Shown: in pieces, positions 32,041 to 43,890 of the stretch
Layout: the number at the start of each line of letters is the position of its first letter
Position numbering within the stretch: position 1 is the first letter of the stretch
Assembly: GCA_963785305.1 (NCBI GenBank)
Contig: CAWAUV010000006.1
Location: 32,001 to 96,000, forward strand
Direction of reading: 5' to 3'
From: an uncultured Planctomycetaceae bacterium
Lineage (GTDB): Bacteria; Planctomycetota; Planctomycetia; Pirellulales; PALSA-1355
DNA: 64,000 nucleotides
The notes under the pieces: model-generated
Told to the model about the DNA's origin: nothing
What the model saw: only the letters and a program-made list of their open reading frames with translations
The model's database searches: none
Program-made: the position numbers and the translations under genes

Positions 32041-35000
32041 TCACGCCGCCCGCGGCGCTGCGCCGGCGGGCATCGCGCCACCCGCGGGCGCTGCGCCACC
32101 GCCGGCCGCTGGCGCGGGGGCGATCGGGAACTTGCCGGCTGGCACCGCGCGGCCCGCGGCGCCGGGCGCCGCGCCCGCGGGCGCGAGGCCCGCCGGGCCC
32201 GGCTTTTTGAAGTTCAATACCGGTGGCGGCGGCGGGTCTTTATCGGGCGGCAGCCGGCCGGAGTCCACCAGCATGTAGCCGGCCCAAAAGAAAGGATGGT
32301 CGGCATTGGGCGTCGCGGCGTCGGCCCGGTTGATCTTGAGTCGCGGCTCGGAGCCCACGTCCAGCGGTCGGCTCGTGGCCAGTAGCACGCTCCGCTGCCA
32401 TGCGTCGGCGGCCGAGGTGTTGGGCAACTCTTGGGCAAACTCGCGCATGAGGTCGATGCTGCTCTGCCCGCCGGTCCGCCAGCGGCTAATCAGCGCCGTG
32501 CGAACTCCCGAGCCCATGAGCCCACAGACCGAGAGAAAGATGTCTTGGCCCGTGGCGTTGTGTTTCAGGCCGTTTTCGGCGGCCGAATGAAAGCCCGGCA
32601 AAATGATTTTTTCGGGATTGCCCCACGGCAAATGCAGCCAGGCGTCGAGCGTCGAGCCCGGCTTGTTGCGATCAAGCTGGGCGGGCGACCAATCGTAGGG
32701 CCCATCGCTCGGGCGAATGTCATCGAGCACGATCAATTCGTCGAACAGCGAACGATAAAGCGACGACGCGGCTGGCGGCGTCGAGGGCCAAGCGATCGCG
32801 CCAGGCAGCGCCTGACGGATTTCGGCAAAAGCCGCCTGGCTCACGCTCGCATCGTCTTGCGGATACAACCGGCCGTTGACCACGCCCACCTTGAGATTCG
32901 GCTTGTCGACCCGGCTATAGGGAATCGCCAAGCCCACCGTGGGCGCATAGCGCACGCGCACATGTGAGATCAGCGGCGTGCCCGCCTTGTCGATCGGCAG
33001 CGCCTCGAACGGCAAATACCAGAGCGGCCCGTCGGGCACGATCACGATCTCGTCGAACTTGGCCGAGAGGTCGAGATGTTTTTCGCTGAGCGTGTCGAGA
33101 ATTCTGGCCGCCATTTTTCGCCACGAGTCCTTGCCCAGGTCGGCCAGGCTGACCAAGTGGTTCGATTCCACATGGCCCATCTCGCGGAGCATGCCGGCGA
33201 TGGTTTTCGGCAAACTGGCGCCGCCCGACACGCGCCAATCGGTGTATTTCTCGCGGCCATAGACAAACGCATGCAGTCCTTCGTCGGTGTTGACGAACAC
33301 GAGCAGCACCTGACCGGGATTGAGAGCCCGCTGCACATCATTGGTGGCTCTCACCGGAGGGAAAACAAAATCGGCCGCTTCGCGCCGCACCGCCATTTGC
33401 CGCAGCAGCAACTCTTGCAAGTGGCCGATGCCAGCCAGTTCGTTGAACGTCGCCACCTGTTCCTTGCGGCCTTCGGGCGTTTCGGGCGCAAGCGGCTTCG
33501 AGGCGAGCAGCGACTTGAGCTTGCGGGCCTTTTCGCCAAGCTGTTCGTAGTCGGAATAGCGCGAAAGCAATTCTTGCCGCTGCAAGCGCGCTTGATCGCT
33601 GAGCAGTTCGACCGGGCCCTCGAGCAGCCAGCGCAGGGCGAGCATCCGTCCGCCAAAGGGCAGCGTCGAGTAGAAATCATGCCGCCGCTTGCGGTCAGCC
33701 ACTTCCACCGCGAGGTCGCGGTTTTCGGTGCCGTGTTTGAGCAGCGCGTTGAACCAGTTTTCATAGGGCGCCGGATGCGGCGTCATGAGCAGCGCCAAAC
33801 ATTCCAGCGGGCTGCTCAGCCAATCGGCCGGAGTCGGGTCGCGGAGCAACGCTTCGTAGAGCAGCAGCCCCACCCGCTCGTTGAGAGCGCCGCTCACGAA
33901 CATGTCGTTCGCCAGATTGAGTTGAAAGACCCACAGGGAGCCGTGGCGCTCGTAGGTCATGGCGTTTAGGAGCGCGGCGTCTCCATCGGTGGCGTTGCCA
34001 AGCTGATAACTGGTGAGCGAGGTGACATGGTTCATCCGGGCGCCCAAGTCGCCGGCCAGCATATCATGGCGGCCGATCACATTGCGGGCGTCGGTGAGCA
34101 TCGCCACGGCCCGGGGAGTATCACCGTGAGCCGCGAAGTTTTCGGCGGCCATCACCGACACCGAGCCATTGAGCTGCCGGAATCCCTGGGCTTTGGCCCA
34201 GGTGGCGGCGGTGAGCAGCGGGGGATAGATGCCCTTTTGGCCCGAGATCACATGGTTGAGCGCGCCGAAGCGAAATGCTTCCTCGAGCAAGCCGAAGTCC
34301 TGCCAAATGACGGCCGAATAGGTGGTTTCCTCGAAATAGCGGCCGGCCGAAACAAAGTCGCCCATCTGGAGCGTGATCAGCCCGAGCTCGAATAGCGCCG
34401 TTCCGGTGAGCGGATGGTCGAACTCGCCGCCCACGACCAGCGAACGCTGCAGGCAGGTGATTGCCTGCGGATAGTTTTCGGCCGAGGCATAGGCCGCGCC
34501 GAGTTGCACATCGATCCAGGCCTCGGACCAATTATTGGGCGGACCCGGCCGAGCGGCGAGCGCGGCGATCACGCGGCCCGTCAGCGGGTCGTGTTTTGAG
34601 ATCGGGCCGAGCAGTTCGCGGCGGCGGCGAATGGCAATGGTCGTGGCGCGCACGATTTCCGAGGCGTTGACCGGGAAGAGCATTGGCGCCTGCACGACGC
34701 CGCCCTGCATGATGACCTGATTGTTGTTGATCTGACCGCGGCTAAACATGATCTGGTTGGGAATGCTGCCCAGATGGGCGCCGCGCCGACTCACGCCCCA
34801 GGGCGTCACCGGCGCCGCTCCGCTCGCCGCGCCGACGCTCACCGGAAACTGGCCGCGGAGCATCCAGTCGTGATTCGCGCAGAAGTATTCGAGCGCGGCC
34901 GTGTATTGGGCCAGGGCTTGCGGCAACTGGCCCATGTGGTAGTAGCACTCGCCCGCCATGGTGTAATAGCACACCGAGTCGATCCAGCGATTGCTGCCGG

Positions 35001-35268
35001 TCTTGATGCTCCCGCCCTGCTGCTCCGTGAGATACACGGCCAAGGCGTCGCGGTAGTCGCCATCGTAGAACGAGGCAAACGCGGCGTAATAGCCGGTCGT
35101 GGGTATCGAGTCCATGAACTGCGCCGCCGCGGGCCGCGCCAGCAGCAGGCTTCCCAGCGCCAAGGCCAGCGCGCAGCCGATCGCGGTTCGCGAGCGGCGG
35201 CTCCCAGGTAAAACGCCCGGTCGCGGCGCGCGGCCGGGCGGCGGGGCGCAGAGATGGTGGTTCGCCAT
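32041..35268 (-). CDS. Secreted TPR + CHAT-like domain protein; Pro/Ala-rich tail may extend to ~31920 via a frameshift
   Basis: Signal peptide ..PAAAQ, TPR helices, IVIVPDGPLWYLPFEAL and HPFFWAGYMLV CHAT motifs. Confidence 0.85.
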   Translation of the reverse strand: MANHHLCAPPPGRAPRPGVLPGSRRSRTAIGCALALALGSLLLARPAAAQFMDSIPTTGYYAAFASFYDGDYRDALAVYLTEQQGGSIKTGSNRWIDSVCYYTMAGECYYHMGQLPQALAQYTAALEYFCANHDWMLRGQFPVSVGAASGAAPVTPWGVSRRGAHLGSIPNQIMFSRGQINNNQVIMQGGVVQAPMLFPVNASEIVRATTIAIRRRRELLGPISKHDPLTGRVIAALAARPGPPNNWSEAWIDVQLGAAYASAENYPQAITCLQRSLVVGGEFDHPLTGTALFELGLITLQMGDFVSAGRYFEETTYSAVIWQDFGLLEEAFRFGALNHVISGQKGIYPPLLTAATWAKAQGFRQLNGSVSVMAAENFAAHGDTPRAVAMLTDARNVIGRHDMLAGDLGARMNHVTSLTSYQLGNATDGDAALLNAMTYERHGSLWVFQLNLANDMFVSGALNERVGLLLYEALLRDPTPADWLSSPLECLALLMTPHPAPYENWFNALLKHGTENRDLAVEVADRKRRHDFYSTLPFGGRMLALRWLLEGPVELLSDQARLQRQELLSRYSDYEQLGEKARKLKSLLASKPLAPETPEGRKEQVATFNELAGIGHLQELLLRQMAVRREAADFVFPPVRATNDVQRALNPGQVLLVFVNTDEGLHAFVYGREKYTDWRVSGGASLPKTIAGMLREMGHVESNHLVSLADLGKDSWRKMAARILDTLSEKHLDLSAKFDEIVIVPDGPLWYLPFEALPIDKAGTPLISHVRVRYAPTVGLAIPYSRVDKPNLKVGVVNGRLYPQDDASVSQAAFAEIRQALPGAIAWPSTPPAASSLYRSLFDELIVLDDIRPSDGPYDWSPAQLDRNKPGSTLDAWLHLPWGNPEKIILPGFHSAAENGLKHNATGQDIFLSVCGLMGSGVRTALISRWRTGGQSSIDLMREFAQELPNTSAADAWQRSVLLATSRPLDVGSEPRLKINRADAATPNADHPFFWAGYMLVDSGRLPPDKDPPPPPVLNFKKPGPAGLAPAGAAPGAAGRAVPAGKFPIAPAPAAGGGAAPAGGAMPAGAAPRAA

Positions 35269-35684
35269 GCGACGTGTGCTCCCAAACTCCGGAAACGCGA
35301 CTGCCGACACTTGGCGAAAAGTCGCCCCGATGGCGCCAGTTCGCTCGTACTCCATCATAGCCATCTTGTCAGCTCCATGCGAGTTTTCGCGGCCAGTTCG
35401 CCGCTGAACCGTCGATCCACCGCTCCCCGCGCGAGCTTGCAAGTACTGCCACCACCGCCGGCGCCAGCGAATTGACCGAGCGCCTGGATCGCGAGCGAAA
35501 GCGCCGAACCGACCGAAAGCGTTTTTTCCATCGAATCCGACGAATTCGCAAACTCTTCTAAGCTTACCGCTCTCGGTGGCCGATAACGAATGCAACGATT
35601 GTAGGGGTTGTCGCGGCGGCGAGGGCGTTGCCCGCGACGGACTCCACACACATGGCTCGCGTTGGGATCGCAGGGAGACTCGGC

Positions 35685-36083
35685 ATGCGACATTACACTT
35701 CCGTCAGCCGCTCTTGGCCGGGCGCCATCTGCGGGCTCGGAATCTTCATGCTCTTGGGTGGGACCGGCTGCCAGACACAGGTAGGCGGCCAGACGCTGCC
35801 GAGCCCGCACTACTTGACCGACGACGTGCAGTACTACGCGCCCGGTCCAGAATTCAAGCTCGCTCGCGAGGCCGCGGCGCAAAAGGCGTTTGCCAGCGCT
35901 CAAGCGGCCGGCGCCGCGGGCGCCGTGGGACCCGGTCCCGGCGTGCCTCAGCCGCCGCCGGCGCCCCAACCGCCGCCTGGAGCGGGCGCAGGGACTCGTA
36001 TGCCGGGCAGTCCGCCCGCGCCGAGCATGGGACCCGGTTCGATGTTTTCCAATGACGGCGTCTATGTGACCGGAAGTCGTTAA
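35685..36083 (+). CDS. Planctomycete-type hypothetical lipoprotein
   Basis: Lipobox-like GTGC followed by GGQTLPSPHYLTDDVQYYAPGPEFKL. Confidence 0.7.
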   Translation: MRHYTSVSRSWPGAICGLGIFMLLGGTGCQTQVGGQTLPSPHYLTDDVQYYAPGPEFKLAREAAAQKAFASAQAAGAAGAVGPGPGVPQPPPAPQPPPGAGAGTRMPGSPPAPSMGPGSMFSNDGVYVTGSR

Positions 36084-36342
36084 AACGCCGATGGGAAAGT
36101 CGCCCGCGCCGGCGGCTTCGAGATCGGATGCGATACTCATCGCGGCCGGAAAGAGCCGGTCATCGCGTCTATCAAGGAAAGGGCATTTATAGATCACCAT
36201 CGGCGACGGCGCTCGCGGCTTGCTCGTCATCCCCGCGCCGTCGCTGACAAGTTTCGTCGAGTGTTCGAGCAATCGATCAGAGCGCTGCGCCCACGTTTGC
36301 CCGGCGCGCGTGGAAGGTTGTTCGGACATTGGGGGGACGACG

Positions 36343-36425
36343 CCCTCGGAGCCCTGACGACGGAGTCGCGACTCATTGCCCAACTTGGGCGAGTCGTCGC
36401 CGCTCAGTCGTCAGCGGCTCGAGGG
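36343..36425. other. Long imperfect intergenic hairpin (83 nt)
   Basis: Nested pairings ccctcg/cgaggg, gagcc/ggctc, ctgacgac/gtcgtcag, cgactc/gagtcg, gccca/tgggc. Confidence 0.6.
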
Positions 36426-36634
36426 AATTTTTAACGAGCGACCGGCCCACGTCCGACTCCGACTGGAGAATGGGTCGGTTCGCTTTTGCGCCCCAGGCAT
36501 CGCGCCAAAATGGCGTAGTGGCGCCGGGGCAAAAAGCGGATCGAACGGTTTTCGAGACAATCGCGATCCCCGCGGATTCCGTGTTGTGCCGTGTTGGAGC
36601 GCCCGACCTAACTCTTGCGGAGAAGATCGACGCC

Positions 36635-37114
36635 ATGCCTTTTCCACCTGATTTTTGGACGGCGCTCGCGTCGTGGTGCGCGGCAAGTGTCGACGCCGCG
36701 GCGCCGGCCGCCGCCACGCACGCTCCCAGTTTCTTCGCCACCGCCGAAGTCTGGTGTCACACCGTGCTGATCTGGATCGGCTTCGGCACGCTCGCGGGTC
36801 TCGTGGCCAAGGCCATGATGCCGGGCCGCGATCCGGGCGGCGCCGTGGCCACGCTGCTCATGGGAGTCGGCGGCAGCGTGATCGGGTGTGGCTCACTCAC
36901 CTATTTCTCCCACGGCATGCATGTCAGCCCGATCAGCCCCTTGGGGTTCGTCGTGGCCACGGGCGGAGCGTTTGTGCTGCTGGCTTTCTACAAACTGCTC
37001 TCCGGCCGCTTTGTGCGCGAGACGGGAGAAACCACTCGAATTATCGAGGAACGCGCGCCAGCCTATCGCCGCCGCCGCCGGACGAACATCGCCGAAAAGA
37101 TTCTCGACGAATAG
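36635..37114 (+). CDS. GlsB/YeaQ/YmgE (transglycosylase-associated) membrane protein
   Basis: WIGFGTLAGLVAKAMMPGRDPGG..TLLMGVGGSVIG. Confidence 0.85.
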   Translation: MPFPPDFWTALASWCAASVDAAAPAAATHAPSFFATAEVWCHTVLIWIGFGTLAGLVAKAMMPGRDPGGAVATLLMGVGGSVIGCGSLTYFSHGMHVSPISPLGFVVATGGAFVLLAFYKLLSGRFVRETGETTRIIEERAPAYRRRRRTNIAEKILDE

Positions 37115-37177
37115 CAACGCCTCGATCGCCACGCGCCATGGCCGCTAGCCGCGAGATTGTCCACGCCCGACGACCGA

Positions 37178-37616
37178 TCAGTTGATCGGCGGCGGAACCG
37201 GCAGCCGGCTCGACAGTTCGATCGTGTGTCCATCGGGATCGCGAAAGAATATCTGCACGATTCCATCGCCGGCCATGCGGCCCTTGCGATATTCGATGCC
37301 CCGAGCCGCGAGGCCGCGCTCGATGGCTTCCATGTCTTCCGCACAGCGCCACATGGTCGCCGCGGCTATTGATCGGCCCCGAGGGATCGCCGGCCGTTTG
37401 GCTCTCGATTAGGTGCAGCATGAGGCCGTCCCGATGGAGCCACGCTCCGGCGAAGTCGAAATTCGGCCGCCGCACTTCTTGAAAGCCGAGCACGCCGCGA
37501 TAAAACGCCCTGCTCGCGGCGAGCCGCTTCGTGGCCAGGGCAATATGTCCCAGCCCCGAGATCGGCAGCGGCTCGTTCGCCGTGGTCGGGGCTTCGCGCG
37601 ATGGTTCTTGGGTCAT
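37178..37616 (-). CDS. VOC/glyoxalase family protein, frameshift near 37345
   Basis: GHIAL..SRAFYRGVLGF, DHVAL, and second-frame QIFFRDPDGHTIEL. Confidence 0.85.
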
Positions 37617-37857
37617 CAGGTTTCCTTCCGCGGGCTGTTGGTCACGCGGCGCCACAGGGCTCAACGGCCAGGAGTCGCGGCGATCGATCGGGGATCGAAT
37701 TGCTCGATTGTAGCGGATGTGCTGCCGATAAGCATTCTAGCGGATGTTCTCGATTTGACGGCGCGTCGCCGCGCGGGCTGGCCCGCGGCGCGAAGGCGCC
37801 TGTTATCGAGCGAGAGCGCCGCGGGGGTGGGGCCCGTATTCTGCCGCGGAGGATGGC

Positions 37858-38616
37858 ATGTTTGCTCGCAGAGCTTATTTTTTGCTGCTCGCCTTAACGC
37901 TCGCGTCAAGCGGCGGCTGCGCCTACGAAGGTCTTTGCAATTTGCGAGATCGCCTCGCCTGCGATTATCAAGCCCGTCACTATATGGGCCCGCAATGCGG
38001 CCAGTTCTACTGGAGCGAATGGTTCAACGATCCACCGGCCTGCTGCGAGCCGTGCAATGAATGCGGCAGCTACAAAGCGCGGGGCGGCTGCGCCAGGTCT
38101 TATCTTCGCGCGCGGCGGCAGTCGTTTTTCCATAGCTTGTTCGGCCCGAGCGATTGCCAATTCGGCTCCTATCCGCTCGATCACGCGAATTGCGGCGGCT
38201 TGGCCCCGGTTCCCTATGGCCCGGGTCCGGGGGTGGTCGGCGCGAACGGTCCCAGTTGCACTTCTTGCGGCTGCAATGGCGGCGGCGGTTTCGCGCTCGG
38301 GCTTCACAACTTCATGGATCGGGTTTTGAACCACGGCGGCCCGACATCGGGCTGCGGTTGTCGCGGCGAGGCGATGATGGACGAAGGACCGCCACCGACG
38401 GGCTCATACGAGATGAGCTCGCCGGCGCCCGCGGTGGAGACGATTCCGACGCCCGCGCCGACTCGCGCGAGGCCGACTCCAGCCAATCCCGACCGGCAGT
38501 CGAAGCGGAGCCGAATGGCAAATCCGGTGTCGTATGAGGAATCCGACGCCTACGACGACGTGTTCGAAGATGGCGAACAGCCGCTCGCCGGTCCAACGCG
38601 GATTTTGCGACGCTGA
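37858..38616 (+). CDS. Cys/Gly-rich hypothetical lipoprotein
   Basis: Lipobox SGGC; CGQFYWSEWFNDPPACCEPCNECG. Confidence 0.7.
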   Translation: MFARRAYFLLLALTLASSGGCAYEGLCNLRDRLACDYQARHYMGPQCGQFYWSEWFNDPPACCEPCNECGSYKARGGCARSYLRARRQSFFHSLFGPSDCQFGSYPLDHANCGGLAPVPYGPGPGVVGANGPSCTSCGCNGGGGFALGLHNFMDRVLNHGGPTSGCGCRGEAMMDEGPPPTGSYEMSSPAPAVETIPTPAPTRARPTPANPDRQSKRSRMANPVSYEESDAYDDVFEDGEQPLAGPTRILRR

Positions 38617-38676
38617 ACATCGCGGGCGAACTTCGCCGCCGGACGCCGCGCCGCAAGCGGTTCGCGATCGTTCCCG

Positions 38677-41609
38677 TCATTCCGCCGAGAGAATCTCGGT
38701 CGTGGCGTTGGCCACCGTGGCGTTGGCCTGACGCAAGCTGGTCACGTCGGCCGAAATGCTCGCCGTGCCGGGTCGAATGGCGCGAGCGCGAATTTCGAAG
38801 GTCACTGTCTCGCCGGCGCGAAGTTCGTTGATCGGCGTGAACCGGAGCGTGTCTTGAAATCGGGTTGATTGGCCGCCGCGAATCGCCTCGACGCTCACTT
38901 GGTCGGGTAAGTTGACCCGAACCAGCACTTGCCGATCGGACTCCGCGGTGCGATTGGCGAGCGTGAGACGATACGTGACCATGCCACCGACGCGAATCGG
39001 GTCCATGTCGTCGGTCACGCTCAGGGTAAGATTGCCCGGCGCGGTCGAGGGCGGCGATTGAATCGGCGGCGGAGCCCGGCGCGGGGCCGCGGGCGGCGCT
39101 TCACGCGACTCTGGCGGCGGGGATCGCGGCGCGATCGGTTGCTCCTCGCGCACCGTGGTTGGCAGCGGGGGCGCCGTCGCCGGAAAACGTGGCGCCTCGA
39201 CCGATGTTTCGCCCTCGCCGCGCGAGGCGGCGCCGTCGGGGCCGGGCAATATCTCGAGGCAAGCCCGCGCCGCTTGACTCACATCGCCATCGGCCGTGAC
39301 CGTGGCCCAGTTGCAGGCCAAGTTCGCTTCGCCGACGCAGTCGCAATTGACGGTCAACTGAATCGTCTTGCCCGGGGCGAGCGATGCATAGCGCCAGACG
39401 AGCGCGCCGGGCGAAGTGTCGAAACCTTGCGTCGCGCCGGTGGGCCGGAGCGTCGTCTCGGGATTGATCGACACGCGCACATTCGTGAGCGGCTCGGCGC
39501 TCGTGTTTTGCGCCTCGACGAAGAACTCCGCCAATTCGCCCACGCGCCGCTGCCGCGGACCGGTGATGCGCAGCGCGCACCGATGGCGGGGCCGGCGCGG
39601 CGACGGGCGGAGCGGCCGCTGGCGGCGCTATCGACGGCGGCGCCGTGGCCGGCGTGGGCTCAAGGGCGGGTGGCGAGGTCGCTCCCGGCGGCGCGAAGGT
39701 GGCGCCGGGCGGCGGCGCCATGCCGGGCGCGCCGGCGCCCGGCGCCGCGGCGGAATCGAGCCCCACGACGCAAGCCCGCGTCGAAGCGCGCACCGCGTCG
39801 CCGCGCGAGATTTCCACGGTGTGACATAGCTGGCCGGCGCGCACTACCCGGAAGGTGACATTGACCTTCTGTGATCCTCCCGGCGGCACATCGGGAAGTT
39901 CGCTCTGAATGGGGCTCGCGCCGATCTGATGCTCCAACCCCTCATCGAAGCGATCCGTGAGCACAAGCCCCATCGCCGGCGCCGCTCCGCGATTGAAGAC
40001 TTCGATCTGGAATTGAGCGGTGGCGCCCACGGCCGCGCTCGGCGGCCCGGTGACGCGAAGTTCCACTTGGCTTTCGCCGACCGTGGTGGCCACGCAATCG
40101 CGCGCTTGAAGCCCATCGGCGCCGACGGCGGTGGCGCAATACTGCAGGGCGCCCGGCTGCGTTACGCGGTAATTGATTTCGATCAAGCGTGTCGTGTTGG
40201 GAGCGATGTCGCCCAGCGCCACTCTTGCGCCGGGCGAAACATCGGCGGCGGGGTTGCTGTTGACGAAGGCCAGGCCCGGGCCGGCCGAATCGGTGAGCAC
40301 CACATCGCGCGCCGCCGCGCCGCCGCCATTGCTGACCTCGACCTGATAGGTGAGCAACGCGCCCACGCTGCCGAGCGCGGGCCCGCGAGCGCGAAGCGTG
40401 AGCTGCGAGGCGGTCCAGGTGGCCGTGGTCGAGCCGGCGCCGAGCGTAAGGCGCCGCCCGCCCGCGCCGCTATTGGCCGGGCGAATGACTTGGATCGCGA
40501 TTTGATTCGAACCCGCGACCGGGCCTTTTTCGAATAGCTCGACACTGGCTTGGCCCTGGTCGTTGGTGGTCACTTCCACGGCCGGCGCCGTCGGGCGAGA
40601 AGCCGGCCTCGGGACCGCCTTGCACTTCATAGCGCACCACATAACCGGCCGCGGGTGAACCATCGCTCTGATGCGTGACCAGGGTCGTGAGCGTGCCGCG
40701 ACCGCCCACCGGGCTGAGCAGCGGCGGCGGAAAATTCCACTGGGCGTCGACCCAGTAAATCGAAGCGTTTTGTTGGCGTCGGTCCCAAGCGGTCACGCCC
40801 GGCGCGTAGGCTGTCACATGCGTCGTGCCTTCGCTCGGCGAGCTGATGCTCACCCAGGCCTGGCCGGTGTGGACGATCAAGTCGTCGACCGGAGTGGGAG
40901 TGCCGCGATCGAGTGTCACTGGACGGGTGCTGGTGGTGTTGATCGCATAGGTCGCGTCGACCTTTTTCGGCAGGCCACGAATATGATTCAAGCAGTCGAG
41001 CAAGCCGTTTTGACCAAGCTGCACGAAATGGCCCGGGTCGCTCGCATTGAGCATCCATTCGACTCGTTCCCGCTCGAGCAGATAACCCTTGTCGCCCATG
41101 ATGCCGGCCACGAGCACCACTTCGCTGCCGATCGGGGCCACGATCTGGGTGGGGGCGATCGAAAGCCCGGGCAGGCCCGCGCGTCCAAACGACGCCGCGA
41201 GCACCGGCGGGCCGAGCGCGGCCACGGCGCCGGGCGCGAGCGTGGGCGCGACGTTGGCCTCGGGTAAAGCGGCTCCCGGAGCGCCGGCCGGTAGCCCCGG
41301 CATGGCGATCACGGGGCCGGGCGCGTAGGGCGGAGTGCGGTAGGAGCCGATTGGCGGAGCGTCGGCCGGGGCGAAGAGTCGCTCGCCCGTGGGATCGATG
41401 CGCAGCGGGCAGCGAAACGGGCTTCGAAGCGATGCGCAGCTAAAGTTCGTGCAACCGGTCGCGCTGAGCGCGGCCGAGGCGACGAGCGCTACCAGCAGCA
41501 GGGAGAGAGCGATTCGAACCCCGGCGCTCGGAGCGCCCGAGAGCGCGCAGTCCGAGCCGGCGCAAGGAAGAGCGCGAGAGCGGTTCGGCGATGGCAAGCT
41601 GGGGCGCAT
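38677..41609 (-). CDS. Large exported DUF11-repeat (OmcB-like) protein, frameshifts near 40575 and 39580
   Basis: Lipoprotein-like TGC; repeated Ig-like GP...VG....Y.V.V.N.G...A.DVVLTD modules; DPIRVGGMVTYRLTLAN. Confidence 0.8.
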
Positions 41610-41905
41610 GTCGCGGGCGGGCACGGGGAGCGTTGAGGCAAGTATTAGGAGTCTCGCGATCACCGCGGATTTTGGCCGCGCACCGCGAGAACATCCCCTC
41701 TACGTGAAACGTACCATGCACTTTTTGCAACATGATGATTTTTTGCAACGCGAACATCTTCCGCCCGCCGCCGGAACGGCACAACCGGATTAAATTGCGC
41801 CACCGGAAACTCGGATCAACATCTCACCGCGGCCATTCGATCGACTCAACCACGCGACCCGATCGAGCGACTCCGCCGCGCGGCGGTCACTCGATGGCCG
41901 CGTTG

Positions 41906-43718
41906 CTACGGCGGGGGAATTTCGCCGCCAATCGCGACATCGTCGGGCGTTTCAAACACGACCGCGGTATCGAAGCGGCCCTTGCCACCCTCGTCGACGC
42001 CGTTCCATCCGACGGTCTTGAGCGCGAATCGATTGCCCGACATTCTGATAAAGCAATGGCTTGCCTGTAAAACGATCTTGCGGCTCGGCGGACAGATACC
42101 GGGGCACAAGCGCCGCCAAGCTGTCCGGATAGCGGCCATGATCCAAATAGTGCTTGTTCAAGGCGCAGCCGACAAGCGTCAGATCGATCGCCGATTTCGC
42201 GACTTCGCGTCGGGCCGCAAAAACGGCGAACGCGTGCACGGCCATCTCAAGCGTCATTTTTTTGCAGATGAACGAAATCCCGGTATCCATTTCTTTGTCG
42301 ATCGCGCCACCGATCGGTCGACGCTTGACCGCTTCGATGTCGCTCACGAGCGATCGAACGACGTCGATCCGCTCTCGCGTCGTGGGCTTGTCGAGCGCGG
42401 CGACGTAGTAATCGAAATATTCATTGACGCTTTGGCTGAGAGAATCCCAGTCGATGCCACGGGCGGCCTGAGCGTCGGTCCAAGCACGACTGATGCCCCG
42501 CCCGTCGGCGCCGGCGCCAACGGCGAATGCGCCGCGCCCTCGCGGGCAACGAGGCCGAGGGTGTCGAGCGCGAATATTCGAAACACGCCATCGAGTGTTG
42601 CGTCCGCGCGAGGCAACGGCGGGAGGCACGCAAGATCATGCTCGATGCGCGTCAACTGTTCCCGCGAGAGCCGCCGCCGAAGCAGCACTTGAGTACGCAG
42701 GCTGGCGTCGAAATCGCACATGGCGCCGACCCTAACTTCGATCAGAATGCGGGCTATGCCGAGCAGGCGGGCCAGGCGATGCGCCGTCAAGATATCCGCC
42801 CAAGCCGAGTCGATGTCGCCCTCGCCGATCCGCAACATGGCACGATCAATCAATAGCCCATAAACGCGGCGGGACGCGAAGTAAAACAATGCTTGCGCGT
42901 GAAACAGCGAATCGTGATCGGAAAGGATCGGGGAATAGCACCGGGGCCGCGTGGCGCCTTCGGCGAGCAACTCCAGCGGTGTTTCGTTCGCCGCGAGCCA
43001 GTCGGCCAGCAGCGGGCAATCGGCCTTTCTCCACGGCCCTGTCTTCGCGCGCTTTTGAAATTCTTGGGCCGCGGCGAGGGCGACCTTTCGGTCCGACTCA
43101 GGCAGAGTTCGCCGGGCCACCTCGTCCATCGAAACAAGGCGGTTTTTCAGCGGCGCGCTGGAATCGAATCCCAAGCGTCGAGCGACCTCGGCGCGGTCCT
43201 TGTCGTTAACCCCTTCGAATCCGGCGACTTCCCAAATAAGCACGGCAGCGTTGTTCTCCGGCGTGACGCCTTCGCTTGCTCGCTCATTCACATAGGCAAC
43301 GTAGTCGACGTAGCCGTCAGTTCGACTTTCGCGGTTTTCAAAAGTTCCGATAGCCCGATTCGTCGTGGTTTCTCCGATTTCGGCGCGTTTCCGGCAACCT
43401 TCGGCCTCTCGGTAACATGCAAAAATTGGCAGTTCGGCCGTCAAACTGTGCAAAACCCACGAGAAATCGGCGATTCGAGTGCTAGCAAAAAACGCGAAAC
43501 TTGAAGTCAGGCCGAAGCGGCCGAGAGACGATCGTGGCGCGGGGCGACGGCGTGATGCGGGGCCGCGGCGGCTTGAATGCCCAACGGGCGAGTTGGCCGC
43601 CCCAACCGTCAAGCCTATCTACAGCTACGAAGGCAAAAATAGCGAGCCAACCGGCTACAAACAGCGCGAGCTGCCACTTACTCGGCATCTTAAGCCAATA
43701 AGGACGACGCCAAATCAT
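41906..43718 (-). pseudogene. Planctomycete-type hypothetical membrane-anchored protein interrupted by MITE copy 3 (further frameshifts near 42500 and 42050)
   Basis: Removing the MITE plus one TSD restores the frame ...RPLRPD|GYVDYVAYVNERASEGVTPENNAA...; C-terminal GRYPDSLAALVPRYL..PQDRFTGKPL. Confidence 0.85.
43321..43505 (-). mobile_element. 185-bp MITE, copy 3
   Basis: Same sequence as copy 2; TSD gtcag (43316-43320 / 43506-43510). Confidence 0.95.
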
Positions 43719-43890
43719 GTTGGTCGATCGGGGTTTCGCGAAATCGAGTCGAAACGCGCCTTCAAAAAACGAACCTCGGTTCAACGCCGCCGTTTCACCA
43801 CTGCGGTATCAATAACAAAAGGACATCGCCCCAATTGTTTGGTAGGCGATCAAATGCGGCGCGAACCCCGACAAACGAGCCGCTTCTTCC

